Below, piece by piece: positions 44,766 to 56,159 of a stretch of DNA of 64,000 nucleotides. This stretch comes from Alphaproteobacteria bacterium. GTDB taxonomy: Bacteria > Pseudomonadota > Alphaproteobacteria > UBA828. The notes beneath the pieces were generated by a model. That model was not told where the DNA came from. It did no database searches and was given only the letters and a program-made list of their open reading frames with translations. Where the stretch lies: the NCBI GenBank assembly GCA_963422645.2, contig CAXXVO010000009.1, forward strand, positions 384,001 through 448,000, given 5' to 3'. The position numbers were made by a program, and so were the translations under genes. The stretch's first letter is position 1. The number at the start of each line of letters is the position of its first letter.

Positions 44766-45350
44766 CTAAATCCGTTCCGAGAGCCAGATCGCGAGTCGGG
44801 TGCCGCGCTTGACCGCGACGGAGAGCGCCCCGTAGCCCGGCGCCTGCTCGGCCCCGTGGGCGAGTCCGGTCTGGCGGTGATGGGCCTCGTCGGCGCCGAA
44901 TTCCTCGAGCGTCTGGCGCAACTCGGCCTCGTCCTCGCCGAGGCGGCTGGCCTGGCCCGCGTAGTGCTCCTCGATCACCTCCTCGACCGCGACGGTGCAC
45001 GCCATCGCCGCCCGCTCGCCGAGCAGCGCGCTCGCCGCGCCGAGCGCAAAGCCCGCGGCATGCCAGACCGGGGAGAGCAGGGTCGGCCGCACCCGGCGCT
45101 CCACCAGCAGGGCGTCGAAGGCATCCAGATGCGCCTGCTCGGCCTCGGCCATCTCGCGGATCGCGGGCGCGGCGCCGCTCTTGCCCAGCACCGCAAGCTG
45201 GCCGTCGTAGATCCGCTTGGCGCCGTACTCGCCGGCGTGATCCACCCGGATCATGCGGGCGATCGTCTCCTCCCGCGTCGGGTCGCCGGGCAGCCGGTCC
45301 TCGCCCGTGACGGCGGGCCGCGCCTCTTCGCGCCTCTCGTCCTTGTTCAT
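44766..45350 (-). CDS. coq7: Demethoxyubiquinone hydroxylase (Coq7 family)
   Basis: RVDHAGEYGAKRIYDGQ, AMACTVAVEEVIEEHY, DEAHH. Confidence 0.92.
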   Translation of the reverse strand: MNKDERREEARPAVTGEDRLPGDPTREETIARMIRVDHAGEYGAKRIYDGQLAVLGKSGAAPAIREMAEAEQAHLDAFDALLVERRVRPTLLSPVWHAAGFALGAASALLGERAAMACTVAVEEVIEEHYAGQASRLGEDEAELRQTLEEFGADEAHHRQTGLAHGAEQAPGYGALSVAVKRGTRLAIWLSERI

Positions 45351-45835
45351 GCGCCTGCCCTCCAGAGCCGGACCGCACCGAAGCTCGCCACCGCCGCCAT
45401 GATGACCGAGGCGATGGCGTTCCAGCCTGCGAGCGAGACGCCGATCAGCGACCACGGCACCTCGTCGCAGCGGGTGAGCGGCGCGTCCATGACCTGGGCC
45501 CGGATGTCCTCGATCGTGCCGCCGCTCATCGGCGCGGCGCACGCGCTCGCGAACCAGCCCTGCTCGACCCCCACATGGTAGACCCCGTAGCCGGCGCTCA
45601 CCAGGAGCGCGAGGCCGCAGAGCGCGAGCAGCCCGATCCGCACCCGCCCGCCTGCGACGATGGCGGCGACGAGGCCCAGCCCGAAGACGGCGAAGTGGGG
45701 ATAGCGCTGGATCAGGCAGAGCGGGCAAGGCGCGAGCCCGCCCACGTGCTGGGAGAGATAGGCGCCGAGCAGCAGCGCGGCGCTCGCCGCCGCAACGAGC
45801 AGAGGAATGGCGCGCTCGCCCGCCCACCGCTGCAT
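45347..45835 (-). CDS. dsbB: Disulfide bond formation protein B family
   Basis: PCPLCLIQR, YHVGVE, RCDEVPW...SLAGWN. Confidence 0.85.
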   Translation of the reverse strand: MQRWAGERAIPLLVAAASAALLLGAYLSQHVGGLAPCPLCLIQRYPHFAVFGLGLVAAIVAGGRVRIGLLALCGLALLVSAGYGVYHVGVEQGWFASACAAPMSGGTIEDIRAQVMDAPLTRCDEVPWSLIGVSLAGWNAIASVIMAAVASFGAVRLWRAGA

Positions 45836-45851
45836 CGCCGCAACCAAGGGG

Positions 45852-46319
45852 CTAGGTGGCGGCGCCCGCCGCCAGATCGCGCCGCACGATCGCAGCGCTG
45901 ATCATGGTCATCACCACCTCATCGCGCTGGTTCAGCACCTCCATCCGGTAGCGCACGATTCCGCGATCCGGGTTCGAGCGGGACGCCCGCGTCTCCAGGA
46001 TTTCGCCGCGCGCGCGGAGGGTATCGCCCGGGCGGACGGGCTGGAGCCAGCGCAGCTCGTCGACTCCCGGCGAGCCGATGCTGATCTCGGGCACGAACAC
46101 TCGGGTCTGGAAGAACAGGCGCAGCGCCACGGCGATGGTCTGGATGCCGCTCGCGATGAGCCCGCCGTAGGGCCCCGCCTCGGCATAGGCAACATCCATA
46201 TGGAAGGGCTGCGGATCGTAGCGGAAGGCGAAGTCCAGAATCTCCGCCTCACTCAAGGTCTTGCCCGCAGTCTCGAACCGCGCGCCGGGCCTTATGTCGT
46301 CGAAGTACCAGTTGTACAT
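45852..46319 (-). CDS. MaoC-family dehydratase
   Basis: DPQPFHMD, GLIASG, ELRWLQPVRPGD. Confidence 0.9.
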   Translation of the reverse strand: MYNWYFDDIRPGARFETAGKTLSEAEILDFAFRYDPQPFHMDVAYAEAGPYGGLIASGIQTIAVALRLFFQTRVFVPEISIGSPGVDELRWLQPVRPGDTLRARGEILETRASRSNPDRGIVRYRMEVLNQRDEVVMTMISAAIVRRDLAAGAAT

Positions 46320-46383
46320 AGGAACCCCTGATGACGCGTGACTAATCTAGGAAGCGCCGGGCCGAGCGCCAAGCGCGGGTGCC

Positions 46384-47595
46384 TCAATCGGCGTCGCGAA
46401 CCGCAATCATCTGCTCGAAGCCCCGCTCCAGGTCGGCGATGAGGTCGTCCGGGTCCTCTAACCCCGCATAGATGCGGAGCAGCGGATAGGTCGGATCCCA
46501 CTGGGTCGCGTCCCTGAGCTTCCAGGGATAGGTGGGGAGCGCCAGGCTCTCGTAGCCGCCCCAGGAATAGCCGAGCCCGAAGAGCGCGAGCGAGTCGAGA
46601 AAGGCGTCGACCGCCGGCTCGGGCACCGGCTCCAGAATCACGCCGAAGAGGCTGGAGGCGCCGGAGAAGTCGCGCTTCCAGAGCGCATGACCGGGGTCGT
46701 CCTCCAGCGCTGGATGGAGCACCCGCCGGACCTCGGGGCGCGCCTGGAACCAGCGGGCGAGCGCGAGACCGGTCTCCTGGTGCCGGTGCAGGCGGACAGA
46801 GAGCGTGCGCAGGCCGCGCAGGCCCAGATAGCAGTCGTCCGGCCCGGGTGCGGCACCAAGCTCCTCGAAGATGCGCCGCACCGGCTCGACCTGAGCTTCG
46901 GTGGTGGTGACCGAACCCAGCATCGCGTCCGAATGGCCCACGATGTACTTGGTGCAGGCCTGGATCGAGACGTCTGCGCCCAGGGCGAGAGGCTGACAAA
47001 AGAGCGGCGAGGCCCAGGTGTTGTCCACGATCAGCACCGCGCCCCGCTCATGGGCAGCAGCCGCGAGCGCCGGAAAGTCCTGGATCTCGAAGGTGAGCGA
47101 GCCGGGCGACTCGCCCACCACCACGCTGGTGTTGTCGCGCATCAGGTCCGCGATGCCGGCGCCGATGCAGGGGTCGTAGAAGGCGGTCTCGACCCCCATG
47201 CGCTTGAGCAGCCCCTTCGCGAGGCTGCGCGTGGGCCCGTAGGCGCTGTCGGTCATCAGCACGTGGTCGCCGCTCTTCACGAAGGCGAGCAGCGCGGCCA
47301 CGATCGCAGCCTTGCCGGAGCCGAAGAGATAGGTCCGGTAGCCCTGCTCCAGCGCGGCGATGGAATCCTGCAGCGGGAAGGTCGTGGGCGTCCCGTAGCG
47401 GCCGTAATAGGTCTTGCCGTACTCGCGCGGGCCGAAGGTCGCCTCCTTCAGCGCCGCCGCGGTCTCGTGAAGGATCGTCGACGCGTGATAGACGGGCGGG
47501 TTGACCACGCCGTGGTTCGCCGCCGGGTCGCGCCCGAGCACCGAGAGCAGAGTCTCGTCCCGGTAGCGCCCCTTCGCGCCGCTCTCCTTGCTCAT
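46384..47595 (-). CDS. metC: Cystathionine beta-lyase
   Basis: VNPPVYHAST, YGRYGTPT, ESPGS, TKYIVGHSD, GYSWGGYES. Confidence 0.93.
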   Translation of the reverse strand: MSKESGAKGRYRDETLLSVLGRDPAANHGVVNPPVYHASTILHETAAALKEATFGPREYGKTYYGRYGTPTTFPLQDSIAALEQGYRTYLFGSGKAAIVAALLAFVKSGDHVLMTDSAYGPTRSLAKGLLKRMGVETAFYDPCIGAGIADLMRDNTSVVVGESPGSLTFEIQDFPALAAAAHERGAVLIVDNTWASPLFCQPLALGADVSIQACTKYIVGHSDAMLGSVTTTEAQVEPVRRIFEELGAAPGPDDCYLGLRGLRTLSVRLHRHQETGLALARWFQARPEVRRVLHPALEDDPGHALWKRDFSGASSLFGVILEPVPEPAVDAFLDSLALFGLGYSWGGYESLALPTYPWKLRDATQWDPTYPLLRIYAGLEDPDDLIADLERGFEQMIAVRDAD

Positions 47596-47620
47596 GGCCA
47601 GCGCCCGCGAGGACGAGCCC

Positions 47621-49342
47621 TCAAATGTCCGCGAAGCAATGGGTTTCTGCAGCGCCGCCGGGATGCGTCACCGCGCCCTGGTAGGCGGGGCCCACGGTCA
47701 CCGCGTACTTCCAGAGCACGCCCGCCTGATAGTCGTGCGAGCGCTCCGTCCAGGACTTGCGGCGCTCCGCGAGTTCCGCGTCGGAGAGCGCCACGCTGAG
47801 CTCGCCGCTGGTTGCGTCGATGGTCACCTGATCGCCGTCGCGCAGCAGGGCGATGGGACCGCCGACTGCGGCCTCCGGCCCCACGTGGCCGATGCAGAAG
47901 CCCCGCGTCGCACCGGAGAAGCGGCCGTCGGTGATGAGCGCGACCTCTTCGCCCTTGCCCTGGCCGTAGATCTGCGAGGTGACGGCCAGCATCTCGCGCA
48001 TGCCGGGGCCACCCTTCGGCCCCTCGTAGCGGATCACGATCACGTCGCCCGACTTGTAGTCGCGGCTGACGACGGCCTTCATCGCCTCCTCCTCGGTGTC
48101 GAAGCAGCGCGCAGGGCCGACGTGACGCAGCCGCGTGAGGCCGGCCACCTTCACGATTGCCCCTTCCGGCGAGAGGTTGCCGCTGAGCCCGACCACGCCG
48201 CCGGTGGGCGAGAGCGGCGCAGCGGTCGGCACCACCACGTCCTGCTCGGTGGGGAACCTCACGTCCGCAAGGTTCTCGGCGAGTGTCTTGCCGGTCACGG
48301 TCAGGCAGTCGCCGTGCAGGTAGCCGCCTTCGAGCAGCGCCTTGAGCACGACGGGCACGCCGCCCACCTCGAACAGGTCCTTCGCCACGTAGCGTCCGCC
48401 CGGCTTGAGGTCGGCGATGTAGGGCGTGCGCTTGAAGACCTCCGCCACCGCTGCGAGGTCGAAGTCGATCCCCGCCTCGTTGGCGATGGCGGGCAGGTGC
48501 AGGCCTGCGTTGGTCGAGCCGCCGGTGGCCGCCACCACCGTCGCCGCGTTCTCCATCGCCTTCCGCGTGACGATATCGCGCGGGCGGATGTTGCTCTCCA
48601 GCAGGTCCATGACGCAGTTACCGGAGGCCACGGCGAACTCGTCGCGGGACTCGTAGACGGCGGGAGCTCCCGCCGAATGCGGCAGCGCAAGCCCGATCGC
48701 CTCGGAGACGCAGGCCATGGTGTTGGCGGTGAACTGCCCGCCGCAGGAGCCGCCGGAGGGACACGCCACCGCCTCGAGTTCGGCCAGATCCTCCTCCGTG
48801 ACATCGCCCTCGTTGAGCTTGCCGTAATACTCGTAGACGTCCATGACCGTGACGTCCTTGCCCCGGAAGCGCCCCGGCAGGATGGAGCCGCCGTAGAGGA
48901 AGACGCCCGGCACGTTGAGCCGCACCAGCGCCATCATCATGCCGGGCAGCGACTTGTCGCAGCCGGCGATGCCCACCAGCGCGTCGTAGGAGTGCCCGCG
49001 CATGGTGAGCTCCACCGAATCGGCGATCACGTCGCGCGAGACCAGCGAGGACTTCATGCCCTGGTGGCCCATGGCGATGCCGTCGGTCACTGTGATCGTG
49101 GTGAACTCGCGCGGCGTGCCGCCCGACTCATCCACCCCCGCCTTCGCCGCCAGCGCCTGGCGGCGCAGCGTGATGTTGCAGGGCGCGGTCTCGTTCCAAG
49201 TGGTGGCGACGCCCACGATGGGCCGACTCATCGCCTGGCGAGAGACGCCCATGGCATAGAAGAACGAGCGGTGCGCCGCGCTCTTCGCCCCTTCGGTGAT
49301 GTGCCTGCTCGGCAGCTTCGACTTGTCGAATTTCGTGCTCAT
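47621..49342 (-). CDS. ilvD: Dihydroxy-acid dehydratase
   Basis: [43 protein letters not shown]. Confidence 0.95.
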   Translation of the reverse strand: MSTKFDKSKLPSRHITEGAKSAAHRSFFYAMGVSRQAMSRPIVGVATTWNETAPCNITLRRQALAAKAGVDESGGTPREFTTITVTDGIAMGHQGMKSSLVSRDVIADSVELTMRGHSYDALVGIAGCDKSLPGMMMALVRLNVPGVFLYGGSILPGRFRGKDVTVMDVYEYYGKLNEGDVTEEDLAELEAVACPSGGSCGGQFTANTMACVSEAIGLALPHSAGAPAVYESRDEFAVASGNCVMDLLESNIRPRDIVTRKAMENAATVVAATGGSTNAGLHLPAIANEAGIDFDLAAVAEVFKRTPYIADLKPGGRYVAKDLFEVGGVPVVLKALLEGGYLHGDCLTVTGKTLAENLADVRFPTEQDVVVPTAAPLSPTGGVVGLSGNLSPEGAIVKVAGLTRLRHVGPARCFDTEEEAMKAVVSRDYKSGDVIVIRYEGPKGGPGMREMLAVTSQIYGQGKGEEVALITDGRFSGATRGFCIGHVGPEAAVGGPIALLRDGDQVTIDATSGELSVALSDAELAERRKSWTERSHDYQAGVLWKYAVTVGPAYQGAVTHPGGAAETHCFADI

Positions 49343-49488
49343 GGCGCCCTTCCCCCTCGCACCGCCCACCCGCTCGGGGCGGCGCGCCAAATTCCGCGTG
49401 GTCCGGCCCGGTCAGGCCCGTCCCGCCGGCGCAGGGCTTACTCGCCCCCGTAGGCTTCGGTCAAGCCGCGCGTGCAGTTACGGCGCCG

Positions 49489-52140
49489 TCACGACGCCGC
49501 GATACGTTCCAGCGCGGCCTTGAGCCGGGCCTCCGCCGTGCAGGCCTCGTCGAGGCGCACGCGCTGCTCTTCGACGACGTGTGCGGGCGCGCGCGCCAGA
49601 AACTGCTCGTTCGCGAGCTTGCTCTCCAGCTTGGCGCGCTCCTTGCCCAACTTGCCGAGCTCTCGGTCGAGCCTCGCGCGCTCCTTGTCGAACTCGATCA
49701 CGCCGGCGAGGGGCAACACGATGGTCGCCTCGTCCAGCATCATCTGCACCGAGCCGGATGGCACGTCGCCGTCCAGCGCCTCGGCCTCGCTGAGCCGGGC
49801 GAGGCGGGCGATGACCTCGCGGTGGCGATCGAGCCGTGCCGCCGTCTCCGCCGCGCACCCGCGCAAGCCGAGCGCGATGCGGGCGCCGGCCGGCACGTTC
49901 ATCTCGGCCCTGACGGCGCGGACGGCGGTGACCAGCCGCACCACCCAGTCCATCTCGCGCGCGGCGTCGGTGTCGCCGATGCCTTCGTCGAACGCGGGCC
50001 AGGGCGCCGCGATCAGGGTGCCCTCCCGCCCCTCGTCGATCCGGCCCCAGAGCTCTTCGGTCACGAAGGGCATGAAGGGATGGAGCAGGCCCAGAATGGT
50101 ATCCAGCACCCACGCGGCGGTCGCGCGGGTCTCGTCCTTCGCCGGCCCGTCGGGGCCGGCGAGCGTGGTCTTGGAGAACTCCAGGTACCAATCGCAGAAG
50201 ACATCCCAGGTGAAGTGGTAGACCGCGCCGGCCGCCGCGTCGAGGCGGTATGAGTCGAGCGCCGCGGTCACGTCGCGCGCGGCGCGGGCGGCCTCGCCAA
50301 CGATCCAGCGGTTGATCTGGCCCTCGGCTTGAGCGGGGGCGAAGCCGGGGACCGGCTGGCACCCGTTGGCCTCGCAGAAGCGCGCGGCGTTCCAGAGCTT
50401 GGTGGCGAAGTTGCGGTAGCCGGCGACCCGGCTCTCGGCGAGCTTGATGTCGCGTCCCTGCGCCTCCATCGCCGCCAGCGTGAAGCGCAGCGCGTCGGCG
50501 CCGTACTTGTCGATCAGCGCGAGCGGGTCGATCACGTTGCCCTTGCTCTTCGACATCTTCTGCCCCTTCTCGTCGCGCACCAGAGCGTGGATGTAGACCG
50601 TGCGGAAGGGGATATCGCCCATGAAGTGCATACCGAGCATCACCATCCGGGCGACCCAGAAGAAGATGATGTCGAAGCCCGTGATCAGGTCGCTGTTGGG
50701 GTAGTAGGTCTCGAGCGCCTCGGTGCGCTCGGGCCAGCCGAGGGTCGAGAAGGGCCAGAGCCCTGAGCTGAACCAGGTATCCAGCACGTCCTCGTCGCGG
50801 CTCAGCGGTTCCGCCCTGCCGTAGTGCTGCGCCGCCTGCTCCTCGGCCTCGGCCTCGGAAGTCGCGACGAAGACATGGCCGTCGGGGCCATACCACGCCG
50901 GGATGCGGTGCCCCCACCAGAGCTGGCGTGAAATGCACCAGGGCTGGATGTTGCGCATCCACTCGAAATAGGTGTTGGTCCAGCGCTCGGGCACGAAGCG
51001 GATGCGGCCGTCCTCCACCGCCCCGATTGCAGGATTGGCCAGCGTCTTGGCATCGACGTACCACTGGTCCGTGAGCCACGGCTCGATCACCGCGCCCGAG
51101 CGGTCGCCGTGGGGCACGGTGTGGAGGTGCGCTTCGATCGCCTCGATCAGGCCTTGCGCTTCGAGGTCGGCGAGCACGCGCTCGCGCGCCTCCATCCGGT
51201 CGAGCCCTCGGTAGGCCTCGGGCGCGTTCTCGTTGATCCGGGCCTCGGCGTCGAACACGTTGACGACCTCGAGGTCGTGCCGGCGGCCCACCTCGAAATC
51301 GTTGAAGTCGTGGGCCGGCGTGATCTTCACCGCGCCCGAGCCCTGCTCGGGATCGGCGTACTCGTCGGCGACGACGGGCATGCGGCGGCCGACCAGCGGC
51401 AGTATGGCGTGACTGCCGATGAGGCCCCGATAGCGCTCGTCTTCCGGGTGCACGGCGACGGCGGTATCGCCCAGCATGGTCTCGGGCCGGGTGGTGGCGA
51501 CGACGATGTGCTCGCCGGGCCGTCCCTCCAGCGGATAGCGGATGTGCCAGAGCTTACCGTCCCGCATCTCGCGCTGCTCGACCTCCAGGTCAGAGATCGC
51601 GGTGCCCAGCACGGGGTCCCAGTTGACCAGGCGCTTGTCGCGGTAGATGAGCCCCTGCCGGTAGAGACTGACGAAGACCTCGATCACCGCCCGGCTCAGG
51701 CCCTCGTCCATGGTGAAGCGCTCGCGCGACCAGTCGGGCGAGGCGCCGAGGCGACGAAGCTGACGGCCGATGGCGCCGCCGGATTCGGCCTTCCAGGACC
51801 ATACCCGGTCGATGAAGGCCTCGCGGCCGAGGGTGCGACGGTCCCTGCCCTCCTCGGCAAGCTGGCGCTCGACCACCATTTGCGTTGCGATGCCCGCGTG
51901 GTCCATGCCGGGCTGCCAGAGCGCGTTGCGGCCGGTCTTGCGGCGATAGCGGGTAAGCACGTCCTGCAGCGTGTTGTTGAGGGCATGGCCCATGTGCAGG
52001 CTGCCGGTGACGTTCGGCGGCGGCATCATCACGCACCAGGGCTCAGCCCCGCCGGGGCGCCCGGCAAAGCCGGCGCTCTTCTCCCAAAGGTCGTATAGAC
52101 GGCCCTCGAAATCGGCAGGCCGATAGGTCTTCTCCAGCAT
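49489..52140 (-). CDS. valS: Valine--tRNA ligase
   Basis: [35 protein letters not shown]. Confidence 0.98.
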   Translation of the reverse strand: MLEKTYRPADFEGRLYDLWEKSAGFAGRPGGAEPWCVMMPPPNVTGSLHMGHALNNTLQDVLTRYRRKTGRNALWQPGMDHAGIATQMVVERQLAEEGRDRRTLGREAFIDRVWSWKAESGGAIGRQLRRLGASPDWSRERFTMDEGLSRAVIEVFVSLYRQGLIYRDKRLVNWDPVLGTAISDLEVEQREMRDGKLWHIRYPLEGRPGEHIVVATTRPETMLGDTAVAVHPEDERYRGLIGSHAILPLVGRRMPVVADEYADPEQGSGAVKITPAHDFNDFEVGRRHDLEVVNVFDAEARINENAPEAYRGLDRMEARERVLADLEAQGLIEAIEAHLHTVPHGDRSGAVIEPWLTDQWYVDAKTLANPAIGAVEDGRIRFVPERWTNTYFEWMRNIQPWCISRQLWWGHRIPAWYGPDGHVFVATSEAEAEEQAAQHYGRAEPLSRDEDVLDTWFSSGLWPFSTLGWPERTEALETYYPNSDLITGFDIIFFWVARMVMLGMHFMGDIPFRTVYIHALVRDEKGQKMSKSKGNVIDPLALIDKYGADALRFTLAAMEAQGRDIKLAESRVAGYRNFATKLWNAARFCEANGCQPVPGFAPAQAEGQINRWIVGEAARAARDVTAALDSYRLDAAAGAVYHFTWDVFCDWYLEFSKTTLAGPDGPAKDETRATAAWVLDTILGLLHPFMPFVTEELWGRIDEGREGTLIAAPWPAFDEGIGDTDAAREMDWVVRLVTAVRAVRAEMNVPAGARIALGLRGCAAETAARLDRHREVIARLARLSEAEALDGDVPSGSVQMMLDEATIVLPLAGVIEFDKERARLDRELGKLGKERAKLESKLANEQFLARAPAHVVEEQRVRLDEACTAEARLKAALERIAAS

Positions 52141-52213
52141 CGTCGTCTCGTAACCGTTTCAGGGAGATAGGGCTAGTGTGGCAGCAGGAGGAAAGGCACC
52201 CGTCGGGAGCGTC

Positions 52214-52627
52214 TCACTCGGGTTCGGACCGGTCAGTCGCGCGTTCGAGCTCGCGCTTGACCATGCGCTCGACCATCGGCGGCATGTGGGTGTCGAGCCA
52301 GGTCTGGAGCATCGGCCGAAGCGTCTCCAGCACCTGCGCCTCGGTTGCCGGGCCGCCCGCTACGGTCCCCGGCGGGTTCGAGTCCGACGGAGTGCCCTCG
52401 CGCGCCCGGTCCAGATGGATCACGTTGCCCTGCTCGTCCACCATATCGACCAGGTCGAGGATGTCGTCCTTATCCTCGCCCCCGACTACCTCCGGCGCGG
52501 ACGCAGCTTCCGGTGAAGCCTCGCCATCCGGGCTCGGCGCGCGGCCCTCGCCCTCGGAGACGATCCGGCCGATGGACTCGAGGATCTGCTGCTTCGAAAG
52601 GTCTGTGCTGGACGTTTGACTGGTCAT
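52214..52627 (-). CDS. popZ: PopZ / DUF2497 polar organizing protein
   Basis: ILESIGRIV N-helix, acidic proline-rich linker, LRPMLQTWLDTHMPPMVERMVKRELER; directly upstream of valS. Confidence 0.8.
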   Translation of the reverse strand: MTSQTSSTDLSKQQILESIGRIVSEGEGRAPSPDGEASPEAASAPEVVGGEDKDDILDLVDMVDEQGNVIHLDRAREGTPSDSNPPGTVAGGPATEAQVLETLRPMLQTWLDTHMPPMVERMVKRELERATDRSEPE

Positions 52628-52790
52628 GGACCCGTGCCGCCGGGCGCTTGACGGTGCTTGGCGCCGAGCCTAGGCCAATCGGTCCGCGATTGCCACCGCG
52701 CGGGCCGGCATTTGGGTGGCGGCGGTCGCTTTGGGCGCCATGCTGACCTATAATGCCGCGAGTCACACGGCCGCGGAGAAGCAGGCCCCC

Positions 52791-53213
52791 GTGCCGGCAT
52801 CGACCCTCGAACAGCGATGCGCCGAGATCGGTCTGAAGATGACCGAGCAGCGGCGCGTGATCGCGCGCGTCCTCTCGGACGCGAACGACCATCCCGACGT
52901 GGAGGGGCTCCATCGGCGCGCGACGGCCATCGACCCTCGCATCAGCCTGGCGACGGTCTATCGCACGGTGCGACTCTTCGAGGAGTGCGGCCTGCTGGAG
53001 CGCCACGATTTCCGCGACGGGCGGGCGCGTTACGAGGAACACCCCGACGAGCACCACGACCACCTGATCGACCTCACGTCGGGCAAGGTGGTGGAGTTCC
53101 AGAACGAAGAGATCGAGGCACTCCAGGCCGCTGTCGCCAAGGCGCTCGGCTACAAGCTCGTGGATCACCGGCTGGAGCTTTACGCTGTCCCGTTGGACAC
53201 GCCAGAGGATTAG
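52791..53213 (+). CDS. fur: Fur-family regulator (Fur/Mur)
   Basis: KMTEQRRVIA, DHPDVE, SLATVYRT, HHDHLID; TATAAT at 52749. Confidence 0.92.
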   Translation: MPASTLEQRCAEIGLKMTEQRRVIARVLSDANDHPDVEGLHRRATAIDPRISLATVYRTVRLFEECGLLERHDFRDGRARYEEHPDEHHDHLIDLTSGKVVEFQNEEIEALQAAVAKALGYKLVDHRLELYAVPLDTPED

Positions 53214-53228
53214 CGCAGGCGGGAGCCC

Positions 53229-54008
53229 ATGACCGACGATGATTTCATGGCCGGGATCGTCGCCGGGAACCTTGAGGTCCGCCTGGCGCGCTCACCGGCA
53301 GATGTGGACGCCGTTCAGGCGTTGCGCTACCGCGTGTTCTACGAGGAGATGGCGGCCGATCCGAGCAGCGAGATGGCGGCGCGCGAGCGCGACTTCGACC
53401 GCTTCGACGCCTATAGCGATCATCTCATGGTGATCGACCACGAGCGCAGCGCCGCAGACAAGGTGGTGGGCACCTACCGGCTGCTCCGCCGCTCGGTGGC
53501 GGACGCCCACGGCGGCTTCTATTCGTCCTGGGAGTACGACATCGACACGATTATCGCCCAACCCGGCGAGATCCTGGAGCTCGGCCGCTCCTGCGTCGAT
53601 CCGGCCTACCGAAAGGGCACCACCATGACCCTGCTCTGGCGGGGCAACGCGGCCTACGTGCTGCACTACGACGTGCCGATCATGTTCGGCTGCGCCAGCT
53701 TTCCGGGCACGGACCCTCAGGAACACGCCGTGCCGCTCTCCTACCTCTATCACCACCACCTTGCGCCGCCGGCGCTCCGCCCGCGCGCGCGAGACGAGCA
53801 CTACGTGAACATGGACCTGATCCCCAAGGAGAAGTTGGACAGGCGCGCTGCGCTGAGGGCCGTGCCGCCGCTGATCAAGGGCTATCTCAGGCTCAACGGC
53901 TTCGTCGGCGACGGCGGAGTGATCGACAGGCAATGGGGCAGCGTCGATGTCAGCATCGTCGTCAAGACCGACCTCGTGACCCAGCGCTACAGGGACAAGC
54001 TCACATGA
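53229..54008 (+). CDS. olsB: Ornithine N-acyltransferase (GNAT)
   Basis: QALRYRVFYEEM, VVGTYRL, LELGRSCV, PPLIKGYLRL; next to olsA. Confidence 0.85.
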   Translation: MTDDDFMAGIVAGNLEVRLARSPADVDAVQALRYRVFYEEMAADPSSEMAARERDFDRFDAYSDHLMVIDHERSAADKVVGTYRLLRRSVADAHGGFYSSWEYDIDTIIAQPGEILELGRSCVDPAYRKGTTMTLLWRGNAAYVLHYDVPIMFGCASFPGTDPQEHAVPLSYLYHHHLAPPALRPRARDEHYVNMDLIPKEKLDRRAALRAVPPLIKGYLRLNGFVGDGGVIDRQWGSVDVSIVVKTDLVTQRYRDKLT

Positions 54009-54814
54009 TCGCCTTCGCGGTGCTCCTCCGCTTCTTCGGCTGGACCGTCTGCCTGATCCCGCTTCAACTTGTGCTCATGGCAATCCGGGCGCCGCTCTCG
54101 AAGCGTCTGCCCATGGTCTGGCACCAGGGCGTGTGCCGGATCTTCGGATTCAGGATCGAGCGCTACGGCACGGTGTCGCGGACCGTACCCACTCTCTTCG
54201 TCTGCAATCACACGTCCTACCTCGATATCAGTGCCCTTGGCTCCGTAGTGCCGGGAAGCTTCGTCGCCAAGGCGGAGGTGCGCAGCTGGCCCTTGTTCGG
54301 CTTCCTCGCCATCCTGCAGCGGACCGTGTTCGTCGAGCGCCGGGCGTCGCGGACCGCCCATCATCGCGACAACATGACCGCACGGCTCGAGACCGGCGAC
54401 AACCTGATCCTGTTTCCGGAAGGCACCAGCAACGACGGCAACAGGGTGCTCCCGTTCAAGAGCGCCTTCTTCGGCAGTGCCGAGAAGCCGGTCAGGGGCA
54501 AGCCGCTCGTGGTCCAACCGGTCTCGATCGCCTACACGCGGCTGAACGGGATCCCCATGGGACGACCCTACAGGCCCTTCTACGCGTGGTACGGCGACAT
54601 GGAGCTCGCCGGTCACCTTTGGAATGTCGCGGGCCTCGGCAACGCCACCATCGCCATTCAATTCCATCAACCGGTGACCATCGAGCAGTTCCGCTCCCGC
54701 AAGGATATGGCCGAAGCCTGCCAGGCCGCGATCGCCGACGGGGTCTCCCGCGCGATCAGCGGCAAACTCACTCCGCCAATCAGGAAACGTTTCTGGGCGC
54801 CAAGGCCCGCCTGA
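54005..54814 (+). CDS. olsA: Lyso-ornithine lipid O-acyltransferase (PlsC family)
   Basis: NHTSYLD, FVAK, LFPEGTS, WYGDM. Confidence 0.8.
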   Translation: MIAFAVLLRFFGWTVCLIPLQLVLMAIRAPLSKRLPMVWHQGVCRIFGFRIERYGTVSRTVPTLFVCNHTSYLDISALGSVVPGSFVAKAEVRSWPLFGFLAILQRTVFVERRASRTAHHRDNMTARLETGDNLILFPEGTSNDGNRVLPFKSAFFGSAEKPVRGKPLVVQPVSIAYTRLNGIPMGRPYRPFYAWYGDMELAGHLWNVAGLGNATIAIQFHQPVTIEQFRSRKDMAEACQAAIADGVSRAISGKLTPPIRKRFWAPRPA

Positions 54815-55313
54815 GCGGTCGGACCTCGCCGACCGCAGCGGGCAGGATCGCCCGACGGAGCGTGAGCGCGTCCACGGCCCGGGCTTCAGGCTTGGCGTAG
54901 TAGCCGGGCCGGCGCCCGACCGGGGCAAAGCCCAGGGCCCGGTAGAGACGCAGCGCGGCGTCGTTGTCCTCGGCGACCTCAAGATAGAGCGTGCGGAGGC
55001 CGCGCCGGCTCACCCCCTCGATCGCGGCGTTCATCAGGGCGCGGGCGACGCCCTGCTGGCGGGCCGACGGGGCCACACCGAGCGACAGCACCTCGGCGCG
55101 GGCGCCATTGCTGCGGCCCAAGACGAAGCCCAGCGGCTCACCCCCCTTCCGCCAGAGGAGGCCGAACCCGCCCCGCGCCTGGGCGATGCGCCCGATCAAC
55201 TCCGGCTGCCACGCTTCGTCGAAGCAGCGCGCATGGAGGGCGGCAACCGCCGGCAGATCGCCTGGACCAATTGCCTTGATCGGCGCCGCCGCGACGCTGG
55301 GCCGCTCACGCAT
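54780..55313 (-). CDS. rimI: RimI-like GNAT acetyltransferase
   Basis: EVLSLGV...RQQGVA, LEVAEDN...LY...GF...GRRPGYY; follows tsaB. Confidence 0.82.
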   Translation of the reverse strand: MRERPSVAAAPIKAIGPGDLPAVAALHARCFDEAWQPELIGRIAQARGGFGLLWRKGGEPLGFVLGRSNGARAEVLSLGVAPSARQQGVARALMNAAIEGVSRRGLRTLYLEVAEDNDAALRLYRALGFAPVGRRPGYYAKPEARAVDALTLRRAILPAAVGEVRPLRRALAPRNVS

Positions 55314-56028
55314 GCGACGCTCTTCCCGTGACGGGCCTCGCCCGTGGCCGCGCTCCCGCCTCCCGCAGATAGAGCGGCCGCACGGCAGTGTCTTCACCGC
55401 CCCCCGCTTCAGCGCGGGCGGCGGCACGGCGCACCAGCACGCGGGCATCGGGCGTGGGCGAGCAGGACGCCGGGCGCGCATCGACCGCTGGCGTCAGCGC
55501 CGCGAGCGCAACCGCCTGCCCCGTGCCCGCCACGATGAGCGGGCCGCCGGTCTTCGCCTCCGCCACGAGCTCGGGCAACGCCTCCGCGTCGATGGCCCGG
55601 GGTTCAAGTATCGCGCTCAGCGAGCGGTCGAAGAGCTGGACGTAGAGACGCTCCCGCCCGGCATCGAGCACCGCGAGAACCGCCCCATCGCGCTCGGCTG
55701 CAGGAACGCCGGCGGCCAGAACTTCCAGCGTGGAGAGCCCGATCAAGGGCCGCTTCAGCGCGAGCGCCAGTCCGCGTGCCGTCGCCAAGCCGATCCGAAT
55801 ACCGGTGAACGAGCCGGGGCCGACCGTGACGGCGAACCGGTCCACCGCAGCGAGCGCGATACCTCCCTCTGCCGCGACCTCGCGCAGCATGGGCACGAGC
55901 GCCTCGGCGTGCCGGCCGCCTGTCTCGATACGCCGGCGAGCCCTCACCTCTCCCCGCGCCCAGAGCGCGGCGGAACAGGCCGGCGTCGCCGTGTCGAACC
56001 CGAGTAGCGTCAACCCGTCCGAGGCCAT
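55306..56028 (-). CDS. tsaB: tRNA threonylcarbamoyladenosine biosynthesis protein TsaB
   Basis: LGFDTAT, HAEAL, GPGSFTGIRIG, PLYLR. Confidence 0.93.
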   Translation of the reverse strand: MASDGLTLLGFDTATPACSAALWARGEVRARRRIETGGRHAEALVPMLREVAAEGGIALAAVDRFAVTVGPGSFTGIRIGLATARGLALALKRPLIGLSTLEVLAAGVPAAERDGAVLAVLDAGRERLYVQLFDRSLSAILEPRAIDAEALPELVAEAKTGGPLIVAGTGQAVALAALTPAVDARPASCSPTPDARVLVRRAAARAEAGGGEDTAVRPLYLREAGARPRARPVTGRASHA

Positions 56029-56159
56029 GAGCCGATCGCTGCCATCCCTTTGCTCGCGGCGGCTCTAGCACCCGCCCGGCTGCGCCCGCAACCATGCAAC
56101 TCAGGGCATGCCGGTGCTATGTTGACGCACTTGCCCTTCGCCGCGACATTTCCGGGCCC

